From: Squalus acanthias
Taxonomy: Eukaryota
Direction: 5' to 3'
Assembly: GCA_030390025.1 (NCBI GenBank)
Contig: CM059438.1
Span: 744,001-808,000 of the forward strand
Length of the DNA stretch: 64,000 nucleotides
Positions 51,487 to 64,000 of the stretch are shown here, in pieces. Within the stretch, counting starts at the first letter, position 1; each line of letters begins with the position of its first letter. The notes under the pieces are model-generated. The model was not told where the DNA came from. It ran no database searches and was given only the letters and a program-made list of their open reading frames with translations. Both the position numbers and the translations under genes were made by a program.

Positions 51487-52660
51487 GAGATGAGGTGAGA
51501 GTGATTGCCCTTGACATCAAGGCAGCATTTGACAGAGTGCGGCATCAGGGAGCCCTAGCAAAATTGATGTCAATGGGAATCAGGGGAAAAACTCTCCACT
51601 GACTGGAGTCATAACCTAGCACAAAGGAAGATGGTTGTGGTTGTTGGAGGTCAATCATCTCATCCCCAGGACATTGCTGCAGGAGTTCCTCAGGGCAGTG
51701 TCCTAGGCCCAACCATCTTCAGCTGCTTCATCAATGACCTTCCCTCCATCATAAGGTCAGAAGTGAGGATATTCGCTGATGATTGCAGTGTTCAGTTCCA
51801 TTTGCAACTCCTCAGACAATGAAGCAGTCCATGCCCACATGCAGCAAGACCTGGACAACATTTAGGCTTGGGCTGATAAGTGGCAAGTAACATTCGTGCC
51901 ACACAAGCGCCAGGCAATGACCATCTCCAACAAGAGAGAGTCTAACCACCTCCCCTTGACATTCAACGACATTACCATCGTCAAATCCCCCACCATCAAC
52001 ATCCTGGGGGGGGTCACCATTGACCAGAAACTTAACTGGACCAGCCACATAAATACTGTGGCTACATGAGCAGGTCAGAGGCTGGGTATTCTGTGGTGAG
52101 TGTCTCACCTCCTGACTCCCCAAAGCCCTTCCACCATCTACAAGGCACAAGTCAAAGAGTGTGATGGAATACTCTCCACTTGCCTGGACGAGTACAGCTC
52201 CAACAACACTCAAGAGGCTCAACACCATCCAGGACAAAGCAGCCCACTTGATTAGCATCCCATCCACCACCTTAAACATTCACTTCCTCAACCGTGCACC
52301 GTGGCTGCAGTGTGTACCATCTACAAGATGCACTGCAGCAACTCGCTAAGGCTTCTTTGGCAGCACCTCCCAAACGCCCGACTTCTACCTCCTAGGACAA
52401 GGGCAGCAGGCGCATGGGAACACCACCGCCTGCAGGTTTGGCTCCAAGTCACACACCAGCCTGACTTGGGAATATATCACCATTACATCATCATCATCGC
52501 TGAGGCAAAATCCTGGAACTCCCTACTTAACAGCACTGTGGGAGTACCTTCACCACACGGACTGCAGCGGTTCAAGAAGGCAGCTCGCCACCACCTTCTC
52601 AAGGGCAATTTGCTGGCCTTCCCAGTGACGCCCACATTCCATGAATGAATTAAAAAAAAT
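51487..52660 (+). mobile_element. Non-LTR retrotransposon RT 3' half (CR1/L2 clade)
   Basis: ORF 51631..51822 GVPQGSVLGPTIFSCFINDL...IFADD and ORF 52161..52349 MEYSPLAW. A-rich end. Confidence 0.9.
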
Positions 52661-53859
52661 TCAAGCCTGAAAAGATAGTTTCAGCAGGCTATTCTGTCAG
52701 GCTGCATATAGTGACACCACTATTCCAGGCCACAATGGAGTTGATTGGATAATTCCCCCGTCAATCACGCCTGGAGACCGCACTGCTGCTGTAAGTGACT
52801 GGGATTGACTTTACGCATATCATTTGTATTATGTAACTATCCTCCACTCACTGTATTTTGCTGGAGAAATAATCCTGCATTTATCTGGAGAAGTTGCTAC
52901 AGTTTCGGTCATGAGTTCTGTTTGTTGCAGTTCTTAGAAACTCTGACTTTGTCTGCTTTGCTGTTTACGCTGAGTCCTGCCGTAAGTCCCACTCCTCCTC
53001 CAACTCATTGGCTGACACAGTGTCAATAGACACTCCAATTCGGTCACAGTGCCTCAAAACTGAGCCATCACAATCCGCAGCCAATATCCACAAGTATTAC
53101 TTCTGGAAATTATTTTAGTCTCAGCCCTGCTTCATTTCAAATTTTATTCTAACTTTAGTTAGTCTCTATAAAAGACTTTATCCAAATTTCAGATCAGTCT
53201 TCTGTTACTAAATTTTAAGGATACAGTAATATAACTATAGAAAAAAAGCTTTTGCTTTCCATATTTTAGTTCTAAACTTTTCAAAACATTGTAGATATAG
53301 AAAGTATTAATTAACTGAGGGAGGGTACTGTGAAAGAGAGAGGAGAGGCTATTGACTAGAGATTAAGTTAAAAATCAGAGAAAAAAATCAGCACTCAATT
53401 ATTACAACTTCACAAAGATGTGGTGCAGAAGACAAAATTGAAACATGCAGCCTGCATGCATGAGCTTAGCATGAAAAACCAAGGACGGCCTTTCTGCCAG
53501 CTTGTTTCGTTCCTTTTTCCCACTAGCACTAACAAAATCTGTGAAGGAGAGAGAAGGGTATACTGTGCGGACTGGCAAGTAAAAGATTCTTCTCTCTGCA
53601 AGTTATTTGTTTTTAAAAACAACAGTTAATAATATCTATATATACACACACACTTACTATAAAGCACTGAAAACTAAAATTTATATTAAATATATACAAT
53701 GTTTTTAAATAATCTCAAAAATGTACATAAATTAGTTCATCAACATTTGTAGGTCTACCATAAATAGAGGCAGACCTGGAAACTACCTTATCGAAAAACG
53801 ATGCTGATGTTTCTGGTTTTCTCAAACACCAATGGGAAGGCGGCAGCTTTATACCAGGA

Positions 53860-54815
53860 TGATACCACATAATAGACTTGCCAGCAAAGTTGAAGCCCAT
53901 GGAATAAAAGGGACAGGAAACAGAGAGTAGTGGTGAACCGTTGTTTAACGGACTGGAGGAAGGTACACAGTGGTGTTCCCCAGGGGTTGGTACGAGGACC
54001 ACTGCTTTTCTTGATATATATTAATGACTTGGACTTGGGAGTACAGGGTACAATTTTAAAATTTGCAGATGACACAAAACTTGGAAGTATAATGAACAGT
54101 GAGGAGGATAGTGATAGACTTCAAGAGGACATAGACAGGCTGGTGAAATGGGTGGATATGTGGCAGATGAAATTTAACGCAGAAAAGTGCAAAGTGATAC
54201 CTTTTGGTAGGAAGAACAAGGAGAGACAATATAAAGTAAAGGGTACAATCCTAAAAGGGGTGCATGAACAGAGAGTCCTGGGGGTGTATGTGCACAAATC
54301 ATTGAAGGTGGTAGGGCAGGTTGAAAAAGTGGTTAAAAAGCATATGGGATCCTGGGCTTCATAAATAGAGGCATAGAGTACAAAAGCAAGGAAGTTATGA
54401 TGAACCTGTATAAAACACTGGTTCAGCCTCAACTGGAGTATTGTGTCCAATTCTGGGCACTGCACTTTAGGAAGGATGTGAAGGCCTTAGAGAGGTTGCA
54501 CAAAAGATTTACGAGAATGATTTTAGGAATGAGGGACTTCAGTTACGTGGATAGACTGGAGAAGCTGGGGTTGTTCTCCTTAGAGCAGAGAAGCTTGAGA
54601 GGAGACCAGTGGTTAGGATTTGGAATGCACTGCTTGAAAGGGTGGTGGAGGCACATTCAATCGCGGCTTTCAAAAGGGAATTGGATAAGTACCTGAAGGA
54701 AAAAAATTTGGAGGACTACGGGGAAAGGACAAGGGAGTGAGACTAACAGAAATCTGGCATGGGCTCGACGGGCCGAATGGCCTCCTTCTGTGCTGTAACC
54801 ATTCTATGATTCTAT
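53860..54815 (+). mobile_element. CR1 LINE 3' fragment with internal deletions
   Basis: ORFs 53930..54364 (SGVPQG...YINDL...KFADDTKLG) and 54397..54696. ttctatga tail. Confidence 0.92.
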
Positions 54816-55019
54816 AAGAAGGTAAACAAAAAAAAAATTGTCCTCATAGCAATGCTGGTCAAGTTAGGATATCCTGCCCATATGATGGGAAACAATGGTT
54901 TTGTAGATTTTTGTATCACTGTAGGCCTACAGTATCTAGTTTCAGGTAGTCAGGCAAAAGGAAAAAACTGCAAATGTTGGAAATCTAAAATAAAAAGAAC
55001 ATTTTGGAAATACTACGCA

Positions 55020-55166
55020 GGGAGCTTGCTGTGCGCAAATTGGCTGCCGTGTTTCCTACATTACAACAGTGACTACACTTCAAAAAGTACTTCATTGGCT
55101 GTAAAGCATTTTGGGAAGTCTGGTGGTCGTGAAAGGCGCTACATAAATGCAAGTCTTTCTTTCTTT
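55020..55166 (+). mobile_element. Deu-SINE 3' part
   Basis: Reverse complement of 181-275, plus tail gaaaggcgctacataaatgcaagtctttctttc. Confidence 0.75.
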
Positions 55167-56205
55167 CAGAATCTGTAAACATAAAAGACAGGCTAGCATT
55201 TAGGTGTAGAGGAAAGTGGAATACTGTCTAAATTGTCACTGCAAACACGGCCAGGTCTGTTTACTTTGGATCACTTGTACACTGAGTAAGTAAATTAGGG
55301 ACACTCGGTTAAAATTTCTTCACAATTGGGAAATCGCAAGTTACAAATAACAATGGTAGCAATATGTAAAAGGCAGTAAAAAGGTTAACCTGATCGACTA
55401 CCACCAAGAAGGAAAGCAATCAGAAGTCAGAAAAATCTGACAGTATCGATGATCATGTTTTGTTGCTGATTGCAGTTGAAAAGGAAATTCAACTGCAAGT
55501 TCCTTATAATATCCAGCTTCTAGGCAACAGGTCATACATGTGCAGTCAGGCATCAAAGAGATCTACAAAATGTGCACAAATTCCAGTCTAGTAAAGCGAG
55601 TGAAGAAACCAATTGAAGCAACTGAAACTTTGACTTTGCCCATCACATACAATGGAATAGCACCCACTATTTGATTTTTATATATGAAAAAAGAAATTAC
55701 TCATTGATGATGGCATCAAAGGGGATTGGGTAAAACTGGGCATTGTGGAGAGCCTTTTTAATCACCACACATGTAAAAACCCTCTTGGGAATAACTCATG
55801 TTGTCATGGATTGAGAAGCACTTCTGAAGGTTGTCCAGGAAGGTGGTACAAATCTGATGCTGACATCCTTTAAGTAGAAAAATGTTTCTGGGTTATCTGC
55901 ACTTTAAGCCCATGTCTGTAATCTTACGGTGTGTTTATCAAGTTTCTCTATAAAAGTTGAATGTACTTTGAATGAAATATTAGATTGTTCTTTCCAGGTT
56001 CTTTCCTATCCTTCATCTAAGTTAAGATCTAATTCTTTCCATTCAATTGCAATGTGGATCAACAGCACAGCATGAACTGATAGTACAGAGGTCCAATCTC
56101 CCACATCCCTGTTTTCAATCTCCCTTTGAGGGGGTTGGGTGGGGGGGGGGGGGGTGGCGGAAGGGGAAGGGCAGGGTGAAGGAAAGTAAGATGGATAGTC
56201 AGCAC

Positions 56206-56327
56206 CAATGTTCCCTTTAAGCTGCACAGCTCTAGGGACCTCCCATGCAGCCGGCTCTTCAATGCAAAAAACTGCACAGGCACAGTATTTTGAATGAGCC
56301 GCGTACCCAAAAAAAGAGGGAACATTG
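56206..56327. mobile_element. hAT-type MITE (122 bp)
   Basis: 11-bp TIR CAATGTTCCCT/AGGGAACATTG. Perfect 8-bp TSD gtcagcac at 56198-56205 and 56328-56335. Confidence 0.88.
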
Positions 56328-56569
56328 GTCAGCACCAGGCCATGCACCTCGTGACAACTGGTCAAGAGCAACATGGGTGGTGGCCTGGCAGGGAGTAAGG
56401 GAAGAGTACATACCCTCAAAAAATATATAATTTGTACCAAAAAAAACTTTTTTTGCATTACCAGCTACATAACCTAACAGACTAAGCAGCATCTTTCTGT
56501 CCTAAACCAAGTGTACCAACCAGTCGCTAAAATTAGATTGAAATTTTAATATTTCAAATTGCTTCTTAC

Positions 56570-56649
56570 CTTCACTTTTTCTCTTCTCAAGCAACAGAAA
56601 AGACAGTTTTCATCAAATGACCAGTCAGAAACACCTGTAGGCTCACAAT
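56570..56649 (-). CDS. LCOR: LCOR coding exon (presumed exon 3; 80 bp), DCEPTGVSDWSFDENCLFCCLRREKVK
   Basis: ccacag acceptor, AAG|gtaaga donor. Homologous to LCORL [21 protein letters not shown]. In frame with the flanking exons. Confidence 0.93.
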
Positions 56650-57482
56650 CTGTGGAATTCAAGAATAATTTTAGCCTAACACAAGATTGATTTTGTTGCT
56701 GTTTTTAGTCTTTTTTCCTCATCCTTCATTTGGGAGGGTGGATGATCTGCCAAATAGCATCCTTGACAATGACAAATCATTCCACATTTCAGTCGACCAG
56801 AGGTACACTTGGCAGTACTCCTAAAATTCCTCCTCCCAGTGCAAAAGGAGCAAAACTAAGAAGTCAGCCTCTATATGCTACAAGTGAAATTTCCACACAG
56901 AACTCAACAGTGCTTAGAATAGAAACAAAACTGACTTAGCTATTTTTGAGGGTATGAAAACACTTTATTCTTCCCTTCTTCCTTTGCTTCTCATACAGGT
57001 ATTGCCAAGCCAACACCCTTGTAGCTGAGAGGGCAGGTGCACAACCAGCTCCAAGCCCTCTGTCAATGCAGTTCTTCATTCAGTAGAGGACACTTATGCA
57101 ACAGTGGTCTAACAATAAATCTCACTCTAATTTCACCCCACCTCCCAAAGCACAAGATGCTAAATTAATACTAGGCACCGCACTACAACAATGCAGCCGA
57201 GAGAAGGTACTTACCAGAATGGACAGTAAATCAAACACAAATCCCTGCACTTTTTAAATAGTACATGTTGATATTCTAACAAGCCATGTCACTCTGTCAA
57301 ATATTTGTTTTAAAATCGACAGGATGGACCTTACAATGGACATCAAAGTTACTGAGAACACTAATTGTTTAACTGCAACACAGACTAGAAAGGTTCTAGG
57401 AGCTGAGCTTAACTTGTCGTGTTAAGCTCATTGACTGAAGTATATTATTTCTAAACTCACTGTTCAAAAAGTCAAGAGAAAC

Positions 57483-57895
57483 TGGGTAGTGCAGTGGGTC
57501 AGACAATAACCCTTCACCTACAAGATGTCAAATCCACCCCAACATGAGGGGATTAAAGATTCCTTGGTCAGCTGGCTATAAGGGTCCTATGTAAAATGAG
57601 TCTGAACAGTCTCAATCCAGTTCTGAGTGGGTATGGTACACCATGAAACTGGCCTTAATTCAGCACCAATTGGCAATATCACTTAAAGAATTACAGGTGT
57701 GGGAAATTAAAAAACATCAGTGTGCAGGAGGAGGTACTCCACTGAGTTTGAGCTGAAGCACATCGTTGGGGCAGAATAGTGGGAGCTTTATTCTGCATCT
57801 AACCAAGTTATTCTTGGCGTGGTAGTACTGGATCTGATGCTGGGCGCCCAGAATGGATTATGTTCCACCTCCAGCATTAACATTCTTCACAATTT
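57483..57895 (+). mobile_element. LF-SINE-related tRNA SINE, near full length
   Basis: Blocks cccttcacct, tcaaatcc, cctatgtaaaatgagt, gtctcaatccagtt, caccaattggca and gaagcacatcgttggggca follow the order I recall for the LF-SINE consensus. Another fragment at 59622-59680. Confidence 0.6.
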
Positions 57896-59212
57896 AAAAC
57901 ATGGATCAAAATGATGTCATTGATGGAAATTATTATGGGTACATAATAATGCAAGGACTGGCTAATAACAGTCTACTGACAACAGAAGAGTAACACATAA
58001 AAATCAAATTAGAAGTGCACAAGCAGCATTGTAAATCCAACTATGAATTAAGTAAGCAGACACATTTTTCAGCACTAAAGGAGAAGTTAACTAGCAGGCA
58101 AATGCTATATCACAGAACCACCTTTGCTGCATTTTTAAAAAGTAACATTTTTAAAATATCTATTTATAGGGGGTTCCCTTAAGTGCCCTATTTTTATCCA
58201 TTTGATGCTACAAAGATATGTTCAGCAATAACATAGGACAAAGGGATCCCTTTACAGTGTAGCCACTCAATTTCACGATGCTTGTGTCTTCAGTCTTCAT
58301 AAACAGATCTTTTCTTTTTTTTAAAAAAATACATAAACAACCAACTTGCGATCCGTCACTAAAGGATACTGAACTCAGTCCACCAAGGATACCAACAGGA
58401 TCAACTACAATGGGGATCCCTTTGCTCTACATCATTCCAGCACATCAAAACCAAATAGATAAATACGTAGAACAGAGGCGCCCTATAAATACCTTTTACG
58501 TTGAAAAGAAATCATAGAGGTCGGCCTACAGCTAAGTTAGCTGCAGTTACCTTCATCTTCAGTAATTTAGGTTGAGAGATTTAATATTTTTCTTTCTTGT
58601 TCCATCCATTCTCTTGTCAAAGTGATAGAAATAATCAGTAACCTATCTGCCCAAGATGAGCAAACATCTTATTTCTATTCTCAGAACAAGTAAACAAAAA
58701 TTTAAACAGAACTTTATCGCAACACAGAGACAGCTCCAATTTGACAGTTTACAGCAATCCATTTACAGAAGAACCACCATTATGTCGCTCCATCTTCCCG
58801 ATAAGGCTTTTTGTAAGATGAACCTTACTGTACAGTCCACCTGCTTGTATTTCATATCCTTTTCTTGATTAATAAAACAACATAATATTTACTGTTATCT
58901 GCATTGCACTTGTCTTCATGCCTACACCTCGGGTATTGCTCAACAAGGCTAAATGTTGGGGATTCTCATTACCCACCAATTTCCATTCTAGCAGATAACG
59001 GAGGTACACTGTGTCTGATCATTAGTCTAAAAAATATTCAGCATGGGTAGGATGACTTTCCTCTCTCTCCCTCTTCCAAAAATAGAATTCTGTGGAACAA
59101 AACATCAAAGATTTTCCACTATTTCCTGCATTTGTGCAAATATGTAAAACAAAACTGCGGTTTTCATACGCTATTTTTGGGTGAGGTTATTAGAAATAAA
59201 TAAAAGGTTTAC

Positions 59213-59278
59213 CTTCAAATAGGCTGATATCTTTTAGAAGTCTAGGTCCGAACAGCCCTTCCAAAATGCTTTCAAACC
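59213..59278 (-). CDS. LCOR: LCOR coding exon (presumed exon 2; 66 bp), (G)[21 protein letters not shown](D)
   Basis: AG acceptor at 59280-59279, GT donor at 59212-59211. Translation matches the LCORL/LCOR N-terminal motif [22 protein letters not shown]. Phase 1/1. Confidence 0.93.
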
Positions 59279-62089
59279 CTTATGGAAAAACAATTACGAC
59301 AATGTGAGTACAAACAGAATTGTCCTGGCAACAACATGCAGGAGCTGAAACAGTAGGCATTAATTTCACAATTATATATCTGCCAACTCGTGCTATATTT
59401 ATTATTACAGGCATCGGACTGTGATTAATAGAGCTGCTCAGTATATTTATAGACATAAAAAATGTTGGCAATTTTAAAATGTCAGCATTAATATTTTTAA
59501 GAAATGCAATTCAGCTGGAGAGCAACTTCACAAAACAATCCTTGCTAACACCCTGTATATTAAAAAGAAATGTCATCGTAGGGTAGACAGGATCTGTGAT
59601 GTTTTATTTTAGATAACAACGTTTTACTCTGCATCTAACCAAGCTATGCTTGACCTGGTAGTGCTTGATGCAATCACTAGTTTATACCAGATGTGTACAA
59701 ACATCTGTTTTCTCCAGCATGTATCCATCAACAACAGGACAACTGGAACTGACCAACTTTCTACGAAAAGAATCACCAATGGAACATCAGATCTGGAATA
59801 CTTTAAATAGTTCAACATTTATGTCAAATTATGTCATTAAATACATGTTTGGGCGAGGAAGATTTATGCATTTTGTGCACCAATCTTTTAAGCAGTACTG
59901 CATGATATTGGTTTTGATCGAGCCACCACATGTCACCTTTCAGCTATTTGCATTGGTCATTGAAAAGTTCACAAGCCTGGACTAAACCAAACTTCCAAAT
60001 ACAGGAAGTTGCATGATGGTTTTATACAGGAGAATGGGAGAGAGAGAAAGAAATGTGGAAACAGGAGCATATTGTTACATTAAGAATGTGGAAAAGTACA
60101 GACAAAACGTCGGCATGGACTGGTTGGGCCGAATGGCCTGTTTCTGTGCCGTATATCCTATGTAATCCTATGCAATGTAAACCAAGCAATCACTGGACCG
60201 CAACTGTCTATTCCCCCTACGGACAGTTACCTCCATGTATTTTTCCCAAACTCAGATAATAAACAAATAGCATGTGGACATATATGCAGAACTTCCAATT
60301 AACACAGTTTCACACCACCAACCAAGACATTCAGGAATCCCACATAAATCGCCTAAATCCACTGATATTCCTTTGGATGTTGAGTCTGGCAAGGAGAACT
60401 TCTAAAATCTTTTCTTACAACAACATTTTTCTGCTTTTTGGTCTTATTTTCTTTATATATTTATGTGTTTATTTTCCATTACCTTTTCTTTACTCTTCCA
60501 CTCATTTTATTTTTGTCAACAGTCGCAATTGCAACTTGATTATTAAACTGTTCTTTATAATGATGACTTTCCTTTATTTATTTATATTTTTTCTGTACTT
60601 TTGTGTTAATAAAAGGCATTTTTAAATATATAAAAATTATAATTAATCTATCCAAAGCCCTTGCTGTTCAGCAACATTCAGAGAGAGCAAGAGAGACATG
60701 GAGAAAGAAAGTGTGAGCTCAAAAAGAGCAGGTGTCTTCCAGGATTTACAGCTTCATTTAGAAGATCTTTGCTGGCTTTGATTTCCATGTCATAACCAGT
60801 GGATAAGCCTGTTGCTGAAACTTACGACTACTGTATTTGCAGTCCCCTTGCACAATGAGTCTATGTGCACAATGTCTGACACTCCAGTATTTACTGTAGG
60901 CTGCAGTTGGTGTATGGGAGTTGTCTAAGCAACCCTGGCAGCTAAAGCAATACAGGAGAATTCAACAAACTCTACTTACACAGTCAGTGTCGGGAAAGCT
61001 GTGCCAGTGACTCCGGCCTCGGCTACCAAATACTGATTTGAAAAGCATATTTCTTGGGATGTTCAATTAATCCAATATCCGCAAATGTTAATACTTTTAA
61101 TCTGTAATATATACTGATCATATTATTTCCTGGTAATCAACTCTTCATTACTGAACAAATTTACAGTCACAATTATGGATCCTTCAGTATGCACATCAAG
61201 ACTCAGCACACTTGCCATCAACTTGTTCCATGACAGTCGGTGTTGGCGAAAAGGCCCAAAACAGTTCATCAGTTATCCGAAACTTCCCTCTCACCAATTG
61301 CTGTCATCTGCCTGCTTTCTCATTTATTACATTTTTGGAATAAAATGCCATGACATCACACAGGAGGGATCTCTGTATAAAATTACCTATATCCAGGCTT
61401 CCTTTAACAAGCAAATATATAAAACACTACACGTCCTTCAAAAATATTTCCAACTATATTATTCTATATAACAAAGAAGTGGAGTTTGGGAGAGGGGAGA
61501 ATGGTCATTTTTGGCATGTTTCTGTTTGAAATCAATGAATATTTCATTGTCTCTTACACTGTATTATGAAAAACAGTTACCCCAGTGATTTCAATGCTGT
61601 AATCTAAGGGTTCAAGTGATGGTTGTAAATGACTGAAGATTCAATCTTGCTTAGTCCACCTCTACTTTAATAAAACAAATGCAAATGACTTGCCAGGTGA
61701 CATACTCAATGCACAACCGACACTAATACACTCACAGTAACAATTTAACTCAATCAAGAATTGCAACTTTTAAAAAGACATTGTAGTTTGCACAGGGGTC
61801 ACAGTACAACTCCGGAGGCACCCCATGGACAGGATGCACATTCTAAGAATACAAGATTATCCATTCAGAGAAAACAATCACCATGATCTTCAAAAGCAAT
61901 GATTTAAGACTTCCCCATGGGTTTGCTTCTCCTTTTCCCTCCCCCCCAAAAAATACTGATACCACACAACAGTAATCCAGTTTACATGCACACACCACTA
62001 CACATTTTCTAATCAAATGTTTTAACTGGTAAATCACTCACTCTGGATAATCTAGAAAGAAATGTGACTACTCCTGTTCCTAACTTACA

Positions 62090-63075
62090 TCAATGACATG
62101 GATTCAGAGCAACCTGGTCAGATTTGCAGATGATACCAAACTAGGAGAGGCAATGGAATCAAAGGAGGCAGCCCAGAAGTCACAAAATGAGTTGGATAAA
62201 ATGTGTAAGTATGAAAAAGAATGGCAGATGAGCAGACAAGTATAAAATACTACACGTAGAAAAGAAAAATGGCTGTCACATACTCCGTAAATGGTGTCAA
62301 AACACTCAAGGGTGAAGCTGAAAGGAGTCTTAGTAGACAATGCTCAAGGGTCAGGATTTGCTTCCTCTGTGCTCCCAAGCCTGCAACGTTCTGCTAGCTA
62401 ATTTTAAATGGGTGGAAAATCGCTGGGCTGGAAACACAGAAGCAGAAATTCTGGTCAAACATGTCCAACCAACGTACAACAGCAACCAACAATGCCAATA
62501 GATTGTTGAACTATGTCGCCAAAACAGCAGAATACAAGTCGAGAGGAAGTTGGAGTCAAACTGTATAGTGCTCTGGTCAGACTACACCTTGGGTACTGTG
62601 ACTAGTTCTGGTCACCGGGACACAAGAGAGACATTTTAGCACGAGATGAAGTGCATAGAAGTGCTATAAAGCTGATCTCAAGTGTTAAAGGCCCGAGTTA
62701 TAAGTTTGTTAGCTTGAAAGAAGACCTTTGAGAGCTAGTCTTCTAGAGGTGTAAAGAATAGCAAATGGTATGGAAAAGGTAAATTCAGAAAATTCATTTC
62801 AAATTAAATGAGTGTATGACAAGGGGACACTAATAAAAGGAAATTTTAGGACTGATACCAATTAATATTTATCCAGAGTGATCAATACATGGAATGGACT
62901 CCCAGTTACAACAGCGGATGCAAAATCCCTCCAGTTCTGACGAAAGGTCTTCGACCTGAAACGTTAACTCTGTTTCTCTCTTCACAGATGCTGCCTGACC
63001 TGCTGAGTATTTCCAGCATTTTCTGTTTTTATTGCAAAATCCCTGGATTCAGTTCAGAAACAGTTGGATGCTAAA
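62090..63075 (+). mobile_element. Old degenerate CR1 fragment
   Basis: tttgcagatgataccaaactagg (FADDTKLG) and ctggtcagactacaccttgggtactgtg (LVRPHLEYC-like). Confidence 0.7.
62931..63032 (+). mobile_element. Penelope family-B pLTR with intact hammerhead core (62933-62969), nested in old CR1
   Basis: AGTT-CTGACGA-a-AGGTC ttc GACCT-GAAA-CGTT-AACT. 12-bp TSD tgcaaaatccct at 62919-62930 and 63033-63044. Confidence 0.85.
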
Positions 63076-63119
63076 AAGGAGACTTCAAGGCATTTTCGGA
63101 TGATTTTTTTTTATTCGTT

Positions 63120-63385
63120 TTTTTTTAATGGGATGTGGACGTCGCTGGCAAGGCCAGCATTTATTGCCCATCCCTAATTGTCCGAGAAGGTGGTGGTGAG
63201 CCACCTTCTTGAACCGCTGCAGTCCGTGTGGTAAAGGTACTCCCACAGTGCTGTTCGGTAGGTAGTTCCAGGATTTTGACCCAGCGACGATGAAGGATCG
63301 GCGATATACTTCTAAGTCAGGATGATGTGTGACTTGGAGGGGAACTTGGAGGTGGTGGTGTTCCCATGTGTCTGCTGCCCTTGAT
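63120..63385 (-). mobile_element. 3' end of non-LTR element (family of 51487-52660)
   Basis: Reverse complement of 52395-52645. Confidence 0.85.
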
Positions 63386-63584
63386 GAAGCAAGATGAGCT
63401 CAAAGGCCTTCCTCATCTGTAATTACCTTGTGATTCTTAGCTTTGGCTGAAAGGAACTTTTGAAACTACTTACCTAGTAATTCTACCGAAGCAACTCTGC
63501 ACAAATATTGATTGTTGTTAAGTTTTCAAGCCCACCCACATGGGAAGGCTCAAATTTGCCACCATACAACATGACTAAGTACAA

Positions 63585-64000
63585 TGGCCCAGAAATTGGA
63601 CTTCGATGGTTGCCGCGGGGGTAAGGATCCCCCGCGATATCGCACTCCGCGCCTGCCTTTACGGTTTTGGCCCACACGAACTTCAGTTCCTGGTGCCGGC
63701 GCGCAGTGTGTGCATGTCCCAGAGGCAAAGTTAGTTCGATGCGACCTCTGGGATCACGTGGGCCAGTTAGAGCCAATGGCAGCACACCATCTTTCATTCA
63801 TAGTTTTGACAGGAAGAGCTGTCAAAGCTATGAATACAACTTGCCCCCAAAAGAACAGCTAAATCTCAATTAAATTTTTTTTAAAAACCATCACATTAAT
63901 AAAATAACTATAGTTAAATAAATTAACCACTTTAAACAAAAATTTAAATTTTTGAAAAAATTTAAATTCTTTTTAAAAGTTATAAAAATAAACTTACCTT
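63585..64000. mobile_element. Probable non-autonomous DNA element, truncated by the window edge
   Basis: Abrupt GC/CpG-rich start ggcccagaaattgg followed by an AT-rich interior. The far terminus is not visible. Confidence 0.4.

Noticed and set aside
23188-59278. Calling the gene LCORL
   Set aside because: The N-terminal exons resemble LCORL, but the LSKLL NR box, GRPGR, WAKPHYEFNL and KERLGTLKNPPKKK are LCOR-specific.
63991-64000. Perfect minus-strand donor AAG|GTAAGT at the window edge as the end of LCOR exon 1
   Set aside because: The homologous first exon should end ...HCV-G (GTN G), not AAG. The site lies within a probable repeat and the upstream sequence is not visible.

Overview
Eukaryotic (vertebrate) genomic DNA, most likely a cartilaginous fish (shark), judging from HE1/V-SINE, Deu-domain SINE and shark-type CR1 repeats. 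The window holds six coding exons of LCOR (ligand-dependent nuclear receptor corepressor) on the minus strand: 59213-59278, 56570-56649, 49396-49528, 44134-44406, 36157-36256 and 23188-24148. All have canonical GT-AG boundaries and splice in frame. The first coding exon lies beyond the right edge, and the PALI1-type alternative terminal exon is not in the window. This LCOR keeps an in-frame LCORL-like N-terminal region upstream of the Met that starts human LCOR. Introns and the long downstream/3'UTR region are rich in CR1/L2 LINE fragments, SINEs, MITEs and two minisatellites. The most notable non-coding signal is two families of short Penelope-like retroelement insertions with 9-17 bp target-site duplications, carrying minimal, dimer-type hammerhead ribozyme motifs. 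Two core-intact copies lie on the LCOR sense strand just upstream of consecutive 3' splice sites, one of them inside a 167-bp-arm palindrome. All family assignments come from motif recognition by eye, not database searches.
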